A program made the translations under genes and the position numbers. DNA of 64,000 nucleotides from Candidatus Latescibacterota bacterium. Lineage in GTDB: Bacteria > Latescibacterota > UBA2968 > GCA-2709665. Location: contig OZ244744.1 in the NCBI GenBank assembly GCA_965219455.1, positions 5,568,001-5,632,000 on the forward strand, read 5' to 3'. The notes under the pieces were generated by a model. That model saw only the letters and a list, made by a program, of their open reading frames with translations. It searched no databases and was not told where the DNA came from. Positions 10,446 to 20,345 of the stretch are shown here, one piece after another; the stretch's first letter is position 1; every line of letters starts with the position of its first letter.

Positions 10446-13178
10446 TCAAGGTTTGAGAGTCCGCGCAACTCGAAAGCCCCTTACCTGGCTCCGGCTTTCG
10501 GCGGTAACCCAAACGCGATCTGCCGACCGCAGAGAAATCGGTTTAGTGTCCCACGCGCCACCTCTCAACACACGCTTAGTGCAGTCGCCACGTTCCGATG
10601 GCGAACCGTCAGAAGGTGAGCGAAAATAACTGTCTTTCCAACAGTCCCGCACCCACTCCCATACGTTGCCGTGTATGTCGTGAAGACCCCACGCGTTGGC
10701 AGAGAACGACCCCACTGGCGCCGTCTTTTTTTTGTCCCACCGACTGCCACATCCATGGCAATTTGCACGACTGTGGCCGACCGTGTTCCCCCAACTATAT
10801 GCGGTAACAGAACCCGCTCTTGCAACATACTCCCATTCCGACTCACTCAACAAACGATATGACTCGCCCGTCACGTCCGTCAACCACGCAACATAGGACT
10901 GTGCGTCATCCCAACTCACGTTTATCACTGGTCGATTCCCCCGCCCCCAACCCATATCACCCGGAGCATATCCCATACACCGTCCGGATACGGCGCACAC
11001 ATCCCACTCACGAAACGTGACCTCACTAATACCCACTGCAAATCTGTAATCTATCCTCACGCGATGCCGAGGGCCCTCATCGTCATCGCGACCAGCCTCA
11101 CTTCGCGGTGAACCCATACTAAACGAACCCGATGGCACGACGATCATTTTGGGACAATAGCCGCAATCCTTAAAAGTCCTTCCAATTTCCCTGTTACGGG
11201 CTACCGACAAACGACCCTTCAAATCGGACACCACTGCCGCGTCAACGTTAACCGAACCCAACGAATCCACGTACCCGCTCGCAGCGTCGAGATCCTCTGC
11301 TCGCAACGCCGACTCAAACTTCCTACTATACAACTCGATTTGAGCCAGACGAAGCCGCTCCGCTTCCTCAACAGCTTGTCGTCTCGCTCGTTCGGCGGCC
11401 AAATCCTTGCGACTCGTTTCGGCCTCACGGGCACGCCTGAGTCTGTCATTAAATCGTGACAACTCCTGAATATTCGCGCCGACCACTCGTAGCGAATCCA
11501 TATACCAACTTGCTACATCGAAATCCTTCTCATCCAACGCCGACTCAAACTTCCTACTATACGACTCGATTTGAGCCAGACGACGAATCTCAGCTTCCTT
11601 GGCGGCTTGCTGTCTCGCTCGTTCGGCGTACTGCTCCTTTCGACTCGCTTGCGCTTTGCGGGCCGCTATTATCCGACTTTCCAAACCCGTCAACACCGGT
11701 GCATCTGACCAGACTTCGCGAATTCGGGATACAAACCCATCCGCCGTTTGGAAGTCCTTCCGGCGCAAAGCAGACTCGAACATTGTCGTATAACGCCCGA
11801 TGATATTATCAACACCGGCAATCGCTAGTTTGTGGCCGGGCTCTATCTTCAATACTTGCTGATACTTCTGCCACGCATTCGCGTCGGGAGGGCTCGTCAG
11901 ACGGTTACTCGCCAAGTCCTCTTCAGCGGCCGACAACAACACGGATATTTTGTCCAATCGTTGACGCGCCACTTCCGCCTCAGCCAGTTGTCTTGTTCTA
12001 TCAGCGTCATGTGTGCCGCGACGCTGTTCCGGGAGATGGATGTACTCATAATAATAGTATCCGCCTCCCATCAGAAGAGCACACACGCACGCGAGGGCAG
12101 CGAACACCCTACCCTTGCGCCGTCTCGGACGTCGTAGTCGGATATCCGTGTCCTGATGCACTGCGGAAGCATGGACTTTATGGCCGTCCTGTTGTTGCGA
12201 TGGAGGAACGGTAGGTGTTCCCGTCGACTGGACAGTCACGCTTGTTCGTTCCTCTCGAGGCTTTGCGACCAGCGGCGAAACCGCCATGTTGTCTCGCGTT
12301 TCTCCAGATAATGCAGTGCGCCATCCGGCCACGCTTTGTGGGCGGTCCGCCTCATCCACCTTCAACGCCCAATCTATCGCCGCAAGAAAGCCGGCGTCTG
12401 CTTGCCCCGCACATCGCTCAGCCACGGGAATCAGTGGGTCATTGCGCACCCGGTCTGTCGCATCTTCCGGTACCAGACCAGTCAACGCATGGTAACATAC
12501 CCCTCCCAATGCGTAAATGTCCGTCCAGGGGCCCTGGTCGCCACGACTCGAATACTGCTCGATAGGGGCATAACCCGGTGTGATGATTGAGGTCACCGAT
12601 CGACTTCGTGCGCCAATCTCCTGGCGCGCCGCTCCGAAGTCAAGCAAGACAGGTGAATTGTCCTCGTCACGGATGATTATGTTGGCCGGCTTGATGTCCC
12701 GGTGCAGAAATTCAGCCCCATGGACCACCTCCAGGCCATCCAGAATCGGATATAGAATCGATTGCAGTTCCGCTTCTCTCAGCCTCCATTTACGTTTGAA
12801 ATACGCCGATAGAGTCTCCCCCTCCGCGTATTCCATTACGATATACGCCGTGCCATGTGCCTCAAAGAAGCGATACACTTTAATTACGTGCCGATGGTCG
12901 AAGCGGGCTAATATGCGCGCTTCATCCAGGAAACGATCGAGACCCCACTCGAAATCACCGCGAAACTGGCTAGCTTTTGCGGCAACGCTGTTATCGCCCG
13001 TGCGCGCGGCGATATCGTCGGGGAGAAATTCCTTGACCGCGACCCCCTTGTCCAGGTTGTGGTCAAAACCCAGATACGTCATCCCGAATCCTCCGAAGCC
13101 CAGTACTCTCACCAATTCGTATTCCTGCAGGCGATGCCCCTGTGGCAGGGCGTTTAGGGGGTGTTGCTCATCGTTCAT
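10446..13178 (-). CDS. Ser/Thr kinase - TM - stalk - FGE-sulfatase/CLec domain (K3)
   Basis: Start MNDEQHPLNAL set by homology to the paralogs; HRDIKPAN, DFG; FGE C-terminus. Confidence 0.93.
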   Translation of the reverse strand: MNDEQHPLNALPQGHRLQEYELVRVLGFGGFGMTYLGFDHNLDKGVAVKEFLPDDIAARTGDNSVAAKASQFRGDFEWGLDRFLDEARILARFDHRHVIKVYRFFEAHGTAYIVMEYAEGETLSAYFKRKWRLREAELQSILYPILDGLEVVHGAEFLHRDIKPANIIIRDEDNSPVLLDFGAARQEIGARSRSVTSIITPGYAPIEQYSSRGDQGPWTDIYALGGVCYHALTGLVPEDATDRVRNDPLIPVAERCAGQADAGFLAAIDWALKVDEADRPQSVAGWRTALSGETRDNMAVSPLVAKPREERTSVTVQSTGTPTVPPSQQQDGHKVHASAVHQDTDIRLRRPRRRKGRVFAALACVCALLMGGGYYYYEYIHLPEQRRGTHDADRTRQLAEAEVARQRLDKISVLLSAAEEDLASNRLTSPPDANAWQKYQQVLKIEPGHKLAIAGVDNIIGRYTTMFESALRRKDFQTADGFVSRIREVWSDAPVLTGLESRIIAARKAQASRKEQYAERARQQAAKEAEIRRLAQIESYSRKFESALDEKDFDVASWYMDSLRVVGANIQELSRFNDRLRRAREAETSRKDLAAERARRQAVEEAERLRLAQIELYSRKFESALRAEDLDAASGYVDSLGSVNVDAAVVSDLKGRLSVARNREIGRTFKDCGYCPKMIVVPSGSFSMGSPRSEAGRDDDEGPRHRVRIDYRFAVGISEVTFREWDVCAVSGRCMGYAPGDMGWGRGNRPVINVSWDDAQSYVAWLTDVTGESYRLLSESEWEYVARAGSVTAYSWGNTVGHSRANCHGCGSRWDKKKTAPVGSFSANAWGLHDIHGNVWEWVRDCWKDSYFRSPSDGSPSERGDCTKRVLRGGAWDTKPISLRSADRVWVTAESRSQVRGFRVARTLKP

Positions 13179-13293
13179 AGCGCTTTCCTCAGAATTTATC
13201 CTACTGTGTTTCCAACTATACGCGGACCGATACGTGCCTACCGGTTCTACACAGGCAGGCGTCCACGCAGCCAGTCTATCGTTGTGACAGGGA

Positions 13294-14034
13294 TTATTCT
13301 CTCGATCTCTCTTCCACGTCCTGCCAGTCGAACGCGTCGCCGCAGAGGGGCACGAAACGGAGAACCGTCGAACCAATATGAATGTGGCTATGCGCGGGTA
13401 GTTCAGTTGGAACCAGTACGGGCTGATCCCCCAGGTAGGTCAGGTTCTTGCCCCCGCCGTGCTGCACGAAAAACTTCCTGCCGCGGGGATCGTAGGTCAC
13501 AACGGCGTGACCGCCGCGGGAAATCTGATTATCGCCGAAGTCCAGGCTGACGCGGGCGGTTCTCCCGCGCCCGATCGGATTGGAACCATTACCCAGCTGA
13601 AGGGCCTTTCCTTTTCCCGGCCCCTCGACGATCGCCAGCCACCCCACAACCGGGTCATTCATGCCGTCGGCTTCCACGGCGGGCTCCCGCCTGTCACCCG
13701 GCCTGGGGCCCGCGCCCACGTTGATAACGGTGCGTTCCTCCTCTTTTCCCGATCCGGGCGACGCGACGCGCTCCTTCTTACGTCGTCCAACGGGGAAGTC
13801 GGTTGCCGATTCCGTTTGTCCCATCGGTTTTGTGGGCTCATCCAGACGACCCGCACCGGCGACGTCACCTCCCCGCTCCGGTACAGGTTGCCGCCCCGGC
13901 TTTGTGGGTTCATCCGAACCTCCCCCGGTTTGACGGCCACCCTGAGGCGCCGGCGGCAACGGTTTCTCTTTGAAGTCTGTCGGCTTGCTTTTTTCTTCGA
14001 TGATATTGCCATCGGCATCACGGTAAACGGGCAT
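13294..14034 (-). CDS. FHA domain protein with a disordered, Thr-containing N-terminus
   Basis: VVGWLAIVEGPGKG...IGRG...DNQISRGGHA; GGAGG RBS before MPVYRD. Confidence 0.88.
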   Translation of the reverse strand: MPVYRDADGNIIEEKSKPTDFKEKPLPPAPQGGRQTGGGSDEPTKPGRQPVPERGGDVAGAGRLDEPTKPMGQTESATDFPVGRRKKERVASPGSGKEEERTVINVGAGPRPGDRREPAVEADGMNDPVVGWLAIVEGPGKGKALQLGNGSNPIGRGRTARVSLDFGDNQISRGGHAVVTYDPRGRKFFVQHGGGKNLTYLGDQPVLVPTELPAHSHIHIGSTVLRFVPLCGDAFDWQDVEERSRE

Positions 14035-14237
14035 AACAAAGTCCTCCAAGAGCGGTGAGAGGTAAGAGGTGAGAAGTGAGATGGAGGTCCCGCATCTCTG
14101 GTCTCCCTTAGTCAGGGTCTCGTAATTCTCCTTCCGATACGCGGAGAGAGGCGGGAGTCTTGTGTTTTGTAGTAAGACCTTTAAGCAAAATACATTCGCC
14201 CAGACTCGTGCTGTTTCCTTCGGGTGAGGGGTTGGCA

Positions 14238-14372
14238 TCCCCCCACCGCATCAGCCGTCGCCGGTCCCTTCGACACGCTCAGGGCAGCGCCTTCGACAAT
14301 CCTTCGACAGGCTCAGGACAGGGCTCAGGGAACCGGCTCGGCTTCTGCGACTCCCCCTCAAGGGGGGAGTGA
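14238..14372. repeat. composite intergenic repeat (CCCCACCGCATCAGCC...CTTCGACAxGCTCAGG...CTCCCCCTCAAGGGGG)
   Basis: Second copy at ~19917-20031; CTTCGACAxGCTCAGG also at ~2570 and ~59584. Confidence 0.75.
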
Positions 14373-14526
14373 TGGCGAGTTCAGGACGCGATGCTCCGTG
14401 CGAAGAAAGAGCGATACAACGGAGTACGCGCGGGTCGTCTTGCCTCTCCCGTCCTGTGCCGTGGGTGAGAAGGTTTCGGCGAGGCGGCGGGGTGGTCCTC
14501 TCCCGTCTAACGTCTCCCCGATTCTG

Positions 14527-15300
14527 CTATTTTTCATACAGCCGGTTAATCAGATTATCCAGACAGTACTGCCCCGACCGGTTCAGTGCCATTTCCTCTT
14601 TCTGCTGCACGACATGCAGGGCAAACACGAGCAACGCCGATTGGACGAGGGCAAGAAGGGTCGTGTAGAACGCCACGCCCAGCCGCCCGGTGATCTCCGG
14701 CAGCAGATTCGGATCCTGTGGATTTTCATTGCTTCCGGCATAATCCAGCGCCAGGGCGATCCCCACAACCGTGCCGATAAAACCCAGCGTGGGGACCAGC
14801 CAGACGAGGTACCGCAGCATGTTGTATTTGAGTTCAAGCTCGTGTTGAAATAATTCAAGGGAAGAATTCATGAGGGAATTGGCCTGGTTGACGGACCCGC
14901 TGCCCTGAAACTGCAGGATGCAGCGCATGATCAGACGCTGCAGAAAGTACGTCGGCTCCCCTTCCGCCGGCCGCAACCGGTTATAGAGGGGGCCCAGGTC
15001 CTGTGATCGCAGCATGCTCGAATCGTCTTCCGGGAGATATCGCATCGTGAGTTGCGTCGTCTCCATGTTGGATTGGTTGAACCGCCGCCACAACTCCCCG
15101 CAACCGATGAAAAACATAATCCACATGGTATTCTGGATGGTAAACGGATAGGTATTCGCCTGGCGATCGAGCAGGAAATCGCCCGCCATAGAATCGCCGC
15201 TTGTGAAAAGGAAGCTCATTACCGCAATGAAAACAACGCCGATGACCACGCTCACGCCGAATGCGATCAGCCGTAGATTCGTCTCGGAATTCCGTTCCAT
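14527..15300 (-). CDS. MotA/TolQ/ExbB proton channel family protein
   Basis: VPTLGFIGTVVGI and LGVAFYTTLLAL motifs; ATG at 15300 lies 1 nt after the upstream stop. Confidence 0.9.
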   Translation of the reverse strand: MERNSETNLRLIAFGVSVVIGVVFIAVMSFLFTSGDSMAGDFLLDRQANTYPFTIQNTMWIMFFIGCGELWRRFNQSNMETTQLTMRYLPEDDSSMLRSQDLGPLYNRLRPAEGEPTYFLQRLIMRCILQFQGSGSVNQANSLMNSSLELFQHELELKYNMLRYLVWLVPTLGFIGTVVGIALALDYAGSNENPQDPNLLPEITGRLGVAFYTTLLALVQSALLVFALHVVQQKEEMALNRSGQYCLDNLINRLYEK

Positions 15301-15301
15301 A

Positions 15302-15688
15302 TCAGCCCTCGTCTGGAATGATTTCACCTGTGTCCGGATTGCGGCGAACGTTGCCCTCCGGAAGGGCGTCCGCCGGCTTTGGGCCTGCAGCCGGGCGCCC
15401 CGGGTCAGGATCGCCCCTCGATTCGAGTCCCTGCAGCAGTCCGAGCGCGCTTGTCTGGTGACGACCGAGGAGAATCGCATCCGCGGGGGAAACGAATTCC
15501 TGCCTGATGCGTATCCACTCGCCGTTCCGCGCCACGTAACTGCCGTTCCTGCTCGCACAATCGGTCAGATAGTACGACCCCTTCGCGGTCACGACCAACT
15601 CGGCGTGGACACGTGAGACCGTGGCGTCGTCTACTTGAATTTCCACGTCCGTACCGCGACCGATTCTATACGTCGAAAAGCCGGACAT
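15302..15688 (-). CDS. small FHA domain protein
   Basis: IGRG..D...DATVSRVHAEL...D..SRNGSYV. Confidence 0.92.
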   Translation of the reverse strand: MSGFSTYRIGRGTDVEIQVDDATVSRVHAELVVTAKGSYYLTDCASRNGSYVARNGEWIRIRQEFVSPADAILLGRHQTSALGLLQGLESRGDPDPGRPAAGPKPADALPEGNVRRNPDTGEIIPDEG

Positions 15689-15699
15689 TGCGGGATCCT

Positions 15700-16527
15700 C
15701 TACCGGTGTGTGACGCGCATATTGCCTTCGGCATCCACGGTGATCGTCGCAACCAGCACCTTGTCACCTACTCTTCTGAGCCGTATCTGCCGCAAAGGCG
15801 TCTGGCCGTCCGGCGTCAAAACACCACCCCGTACAAGCACACTTTCTTCGGTGGCGGAGTTGAAGTATTTGTAGTAGACCTGGTAGGTCCCTGCCTCTGC
15901 CAACGGATGCAGCCAGATTTCATTGCCTGGGCCCCTTGTATTGTCCTCTTCCAGGTTTGCCCGAGAACCGGAAAACGAACGGTTCCCGTAATAGAACTCC
16001 CGCCCAGCGGGATCGAGTACGTGCAGGTCGATATCGTCACCTGTATTCCAACTCATGATGATCAAGAGGAATTTCTTCCGCGCCTGCGCCTGACACGACG
16101 ACAGGTCCGCCTCGAGTTCCCGGTTACGGCTCTCGCAAGCCCCCAGGGCGTTACGCGGTACGGAGCCCTGCTGCTGCGCCTCACACGCCGCAAGCTGTCC
16201 TTCAAGCTGCCGGTTAAGTTCTTCGCAGGCGGCCAGGGCATCCGGGGATACCGACGCCTGCTGTTGTTCTTCACACGCTGCCAGGGCCGCCTGGACCTGC
16301 TGGTTGCGGCTTTCGCACGCGTTCAGTTCCCCTCTCGCTGCCTGTAACTCATTCTGGACGCTCTCAAGGCGCGCCATGACTTCCGCCACCCGCTCGGCTG
16401 CATCGCCGGTGTTCGGGAAGTACGGAAACAGGACGAAGGCAATGAGAATAAATGCTCCCATCGCCGAGGCGAACAGGTCAAGCGCCGACATACTGAAGAT
16501 ATTGAGTTCCCTGCTGCGGGATTTCAT
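15700..16527 (-). CDS. TM (Asp-containing) - Cys-rich coiled coil - YfaP/DUF2135-like domain protein
   Basis: SALDLFASAMGAFIL TM; repeated LxACE; SWNTGDDIDLHVLDP...EDNTRGPGNE. Confidence 0.75.
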   Translation of the reverse strand: MKSRSRELNIFSMSALDLFASAMGAFILIAFVLFPYFPNTGDAAERVAEVMARLESVQNELQAARGELNACESRNQQVQAALAACEEQQQASVSPDALAACEELNRQLEGQLAACEAQQQGSVPRNALGACESRNRELEADLSSCQAQARKKFLLIIMSWNTGDDIDLHVLDPAGREFYYGNRSFSGSRANLEEDNTRGPGNEIWLHPLAEAGTYQVYYKYFNSATEESVLVRGGVLTPDGQTPLRQIRLRRVGDKVLVATITVDAEGNMRVTHR

Positions 16528-16542
16528 GGCGCGGCACTCCTC

Positions 16543-18075
16543 TCAGGATTTGGAAACCATCAACTCCACGCCACCGGGCGCAACGGTGGCGCCATAATCC
16601 AGACGCTCCGGACGAAAGGGAGGCAGGCGACGGCGATTCAGAAACGTCCCGTTGCTCGAGTTCAGATCTTCGATACGAAATCCATTGTCAACAGCGCGGA
16701 TTCTCACGTGACGCCTGGATACATTGTCATCGTGGATGACTTCATCCACAAGATCCGGATGCCTGCCCAGCGAAAGTCCCAGCCGTTGTCCCTCTAATTT
16801 TTCGGGCGATAGCGCGATGCGAACGCGGTTGCCCCCGCCGTCGAACCCGGCCAGCACCAGACCGTGTCCCGTGCGCTGCCCTTCCGGTGTTCCTTCAACC
16901 GCCCCGTCGTGAGTTCTTCTCCTGATCGGCCGGCTCAACTGTTCCGCGACGTGGATGATCTGCTGCCGTGGTTTCTTCAGGCCAAGCAGCAGGGCCGCCA
17001 GGGTCAAGGCGCCAAGCAATGTCCCACCGATGAGAAACCGCCGGCTCGCCTCTTCCGCCTGGAGGCGCGTCGTTTCTATTTCCCGGCTTGCTTCTTCCGC
17101 CTGTCGCGCGGCCTCACCCGCCTGTTGTTTCGCTTCCTCCGCCTCCTGGCGCGTGCGTCCTGCTTCCCGGGTCGCTTCATCCGCGCGCCGCGTCGCTTCT
17201 TCGGCCTTACGCCGCGTCCTTGCTGTTTCCCGGGTTGCTTCTTCCGCCTTTCGCCGGGCCTCGCCCGCCTGTCGTTTCGCTTCTTCCGCCTCACGGCGGG
17301 CATTTTCCGCCTCCTCGGATCCTCCGGCTCCACCCGCCGGCAAACACGGACTGGTTTCCGGTGGTTGGAAAGAGATTCGGTGATCGCGCAGCAGCCTTGC
17401 CAATTCCTCAATGTGGGAAGACCAGTATATTCCCGCCGCGTGGGGCACACGGGTGACTCCCTCGGACCGGCTTTCGATCACAACCAGAGACGCCTGCGTA
17501 TTCACGCCGATGACCCTCCCGCAGTCATCCACGAGGGGACCGCCGCTGTTGCCGGGGTTCGTAGGCGCGTTGTGTTGAATGATCCTGAATCTCTGCGTGT
17601 GCCACGCCCCGGAGAATATCCTGCCGATAACGCCATCCTGCACAGTTGCATCATCGGCGAGACCCTCTCTGTCGGCGCCTCCCGGATAGCCGATTGCCCA
17701 TACTTTCTGTCCTGTCTTTAATTCCGCGAGCGAAAGCTGCATCGGTGGAAGATTGATCCCACGCGACTGAATGATTGCCAGATCGCGTTCAGAGGACACG
17801 GCAACCACCCTGGCGTCGTACAGGGTATTGGACTTTGCCGGTCGTACTCTGATCCGGCCGCCGCCGTCAATAACATGGACGTTTGTGGCGATGTAACCGC
17901 GTTCGTTGATCACAAATCCTGTACCGGTACTGGTCCCCCGACGCGTCTCGTTCAGAATCCGCACAACACTCTTCTTGAGTGCATCCAGGTCCGGACTGGC
18001 AACGGCATGATGCCCGTGAAAGAGCAACGCCAGAAGGAGATAGACAGGACTTATCGATCTGATCATGTTCTGCAT
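16543..18075 (-). CDS. trypsin-like serine protease - coiled coil - TM - FHA
   Basis: Signal peptide; intact triad TNVH, RDLA, GNSGGP; C-terminal LGR...VSRRH...DLNSSNGT. Confidence 0.93.
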   Translation of the reverse strand: MQNMIRSISPVYLLLALLFHGHHAVASPDLDALKKSVVRILNETRRGTSTGTGFVINERGYIATNVHVIDGGGRIRVRPAKSNTLYDARVVAVSSERDLAIIQSRGINLPPMQLSLAELKTGQKVWAIGYPGGADREGLADDATVQDGVIGRIFSGAWHTQRFRIIQHNAPTNPGNSGGPLVDDCGRVIGVNTQASLVVIESRSEGVTRVPHAAGIYWSSHIEELARLLRDHRISFQPPETSPCLPAGGAGGSEEAENARREAEEAKRQAGEARRKAEEATRETARTRRKAEEATRRADEATREAGRTRQEAEEAKQQAGEAARQAEEASREIETTRLQAEEASRRFLIGGTLLGALTLAALLLGLKKPRQQIIHVAEQLSRPIRRRTHDGAVEGTPEGQRTGHGLVLAGFDGGGNRVRIALSPEKLEGQRLGLSLGRHPDLVDEVIHDDNVSRRHVRIRAVDNGFRIEDLNSSNGTFLNRRRLPPFRPERLDYGATVAPGGVELMVSKS

Positions 18076-18078
18076 ATT

Positions 18079-19656
18079 TCACTCCGGCATCAGACGCACC
18101 CGAAAAACGACGGGGCCCATCCCGAGTTCATCATTGTTGTCCAGGACAACATGTTCACCGGGAGATATCAGACGCCCATTGATCGTCGTACCGTTCGTGG
18201 AGTTCAGATCCTCCGCGTAGAGGCGCCCGCCGGTATAGATGAGCCTGACGTGTTCGCGGGAGACGGCTTCGTGGTCGATTATGAATTCCGAGTTGGCGGG
18301 ACTTCTCCCCAGCGCGACTCCGGACGGCAGCGCCAGCGCCGGAATGCTCAACACAAACGGCCGCCCGGTGTCGTCCTGGCCCTCCAGTAAACACCTGAAC
18401 GGCGCGGGGTGAGGCGCGCGCGCCGCGGCCTGCCGCGCGGCTTCGGCCTCCCGTTCCGCCTCGCTGGCACGGGATGAACTGCTCTGCACCTGCGCCTTCT
18501 TCGAGCGGGCGAACAGGAACCAGCCCAGAAGCAACAGAATGACGAAGGCAGCCCCTGCAACTACGGTCCATCGAAACCGTTCGGACGCCTCTTCCTGGCC
18601 CTTCCTGTTGACCTCTGCCAGGCTATCCCGAGTTGCTTCGAGTCGATCTGCCGCCGCCCTTCTTATGGAATCCGCACGCGCGCGGGCCAGGGAATCCGCC
18701 CTTGCGTGCGCCCGTGTCAAACTGTCTTCCCGCGCATGTTTCAAGGAATCGCCCCGGGCCTGCGCGCGTTCGAGGCGTCCTCTTTCTGCCCTCAGGCGTT
18801 CCTCCGCCGCCGCCTTAATGGAGTCCTCCCGCGCCTGATTCAGGGAATCGGTCTTTGCCCGTTCCCGTCTCAGACTGTCTTCACGTGCCTGTGTCAGGGA
18901 ATCTGTTCGTGCCTGCGCCCGTCTCAAGCTGTCTTCCCTCGCTTCCGCCCGTTCAATGGCAGTCAGGCACGCGTCGTCAACCACGGTATGGGCGATTTCC
19001 CGTTCCCTGAGCGCGGCAATGACGTCGCCGCTGCGCAGGGCGAAGACGGTTCCCCTGGGATCCTTGACGTTCCGGAACGGCCAGCGCCCGCTATCCGGGT
19101 CCGGCAGGTTGATTCCGATTACCTTCCCACATTCATTAAACACGGGCATACCGAACGCCCTGGACTTCACGATGGCGTTGTGCTGCAGCAGATGTACGAG
19201 GGAATCGGCGGCGGTTCTGCCGAGTATGTCCTGGTGGGCGCCGATGGTACCGCGCGCAATCCGGACACTGTCACCAGCGGTGAATGTGAGGGTCTCCACC
19301 ACCCGTCCCACGTCCGACCCCTGCACAGACAGACTCAGGGGCGGGGATCCCAGGCCCTGCACGCGCAACAGAGCGAGGTTCATCTCGCGGCTGGCAAACA
19401 CCTCCTGCGCCACGATCTCCGCACCCGTCTTCAGGGACAATACCGTTACCCGGTCCGCATTCGCCAGGAGATGCGCGTTGGTCAGCACGTCCCCGTTTCC
19501 ATTCACGACAAAGCCGCTCCCTTCCGCCGCGACCTTGTTATATCTGTACGCACGCACCCGGACAACGCTCTCGGATACGACGTCGACGTCGGTCTGCCCG
19601 AACGCCGGGCCGGCCAGTGCGAACACAGCGATTTGCACAAGCAACGAGACACGCAT
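18079..19656 (-). CDS. catalytically inactive trypsin-like domain - repeat stalk - TM - FHA
   Basis: TNAH is present, but the Asp site reads MNLALL and the Ser site reads AFGMP; (R/E/A)DSL repeats; FHA VSREH...STNGT; AGGAG RBS. Confidence 0.85.
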   Translation of the reverse strand: MRVSLLVQIAVFALAGPAFGQTDVDVVSESVVRVRAYRYNKVAAEGSGFVVNGNGDVLTNAHLLANADRVTVLSLKTGAEIVAQEVFASREMNLALLRVQGLGSPPLSLSVQGSDVGRVVETLTFTAGDSVRIARGTIGAHQDILGRTAADSLVHLLQHNAIVKSRAFGMPVFNECGKVIGINLPDPDSGRWPFRNVKDPRGTVFALRSGDVIAALREREIAHTVVDDACLTAIERAEAREDSLRRAQARTDSLTQAREDSLRRERAKTDSLNQAREDSIKAAAEERLRAERGRLERAQARGDSLKHAREDSLTRAHARADSLARARADSIRRAAADRLEATRDSLAEVNRKGQEEASERFRWTVVAGAAFVILLLLGWFLFARSKKAQVQSSSSRASEAEREAEAARQAAARAPHPAPFRCLLEGQDDTGRPFVLSIPALALPSGVALGRSPANSEFIIDHEAVSREHVRLIYTGGRLYAEDLNSTNGTTINGRLISPGEHVVLDNNDELGMGPVVFRVRLMPE

Positions 19657-19916
19657 AAACAGACTCTCCTGAAGAAAGTGATAGGTATCACGTGTACGGA
19701 CGGGACGGACGATTTTGAGGTTTTGTCCTGTCCATATATCCCAATTTTGCGCATTCAAATCTTGCGGGCGAGGACGCCCGCGTTCCCAGGGGGTACCCTG
19801 AGGGCGAGTGCGTCCGCCCGAGTTTGTTGACGATAGCTTCAGCCCCAGTTGCAGCGGAAGCCGCGGAAGATTCTTCGACTCCGCTCAGAATGACAGGGCG
19901 ACGAATGACGTTGACG

Positions 19917-20031
19917 TCCCCCCACCGCATCAGCCTTTGCCTGCCCTTCGACAAGCTCAGGGGACCGGCTCGGCTTCTGCCTGCCTGTCCTGCGGACGCA
20001 GGCAGGCGACTCCCCCTCAAAGGGGGAGCGA
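19917..20031. repeat. composite intergenic repeat, copy 2
   Basis: Matches 14238-14372, with an inserted GCCTGCCTG...GCAGGCAGGC palindrome. Confidence 0.7.
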
Positions 20032-20161
20032 TGCGGTGTGAAGGCGCTTTCTCAATGGGTTCGCCAACAGCGCAATCGACGCGCGGGTTATTTGGTTATC
20101 GGGTTCCGTTGTTTACACCCGAGCGAGACACGCAGTCAGCCGGTCGATCCCGGAAAAATCG

Positions 20162-20212
20162 CCAGGGGGGCGCAGCCCCCCTGGACCCCCGTAAGGCGTA
20201 AAGAGGTAAAGA
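20162..20212 (-). promoter_or_regulatory. putative DGR target-recognition signal: TCTTTACCTCTTTAC tract plus 10-bp GC hairpin
   Basis: CCAGGGGGGC-TGC-GCCCCCCTGG (20162-20184), 29 nt after the K4 stop codon; could also act as a terminator. Confidence 0.7.
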
Positions 20213-20213
20213 C

Positions 20214-20345
20214 TTAAGGGTTAAGCGTCCGGGCAATACGGAAACCGTTGTCGTAGTACCGTTCGCCGGAGGAGTCCCTGTCGCGGTCCGCGGCGCGGAG
20301 GTACCTTGGGTTGCTGTCCCACGAGCCGCCGCGCAACACGCGACG
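20214..20345 (-). other. putative DGR variable repeat (VR)
   Basis: Between TCG TGG and GGT TTC CGT, 11 codons are AAC or one change from AAC, all with a third-position C. Confidence 0.78.
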
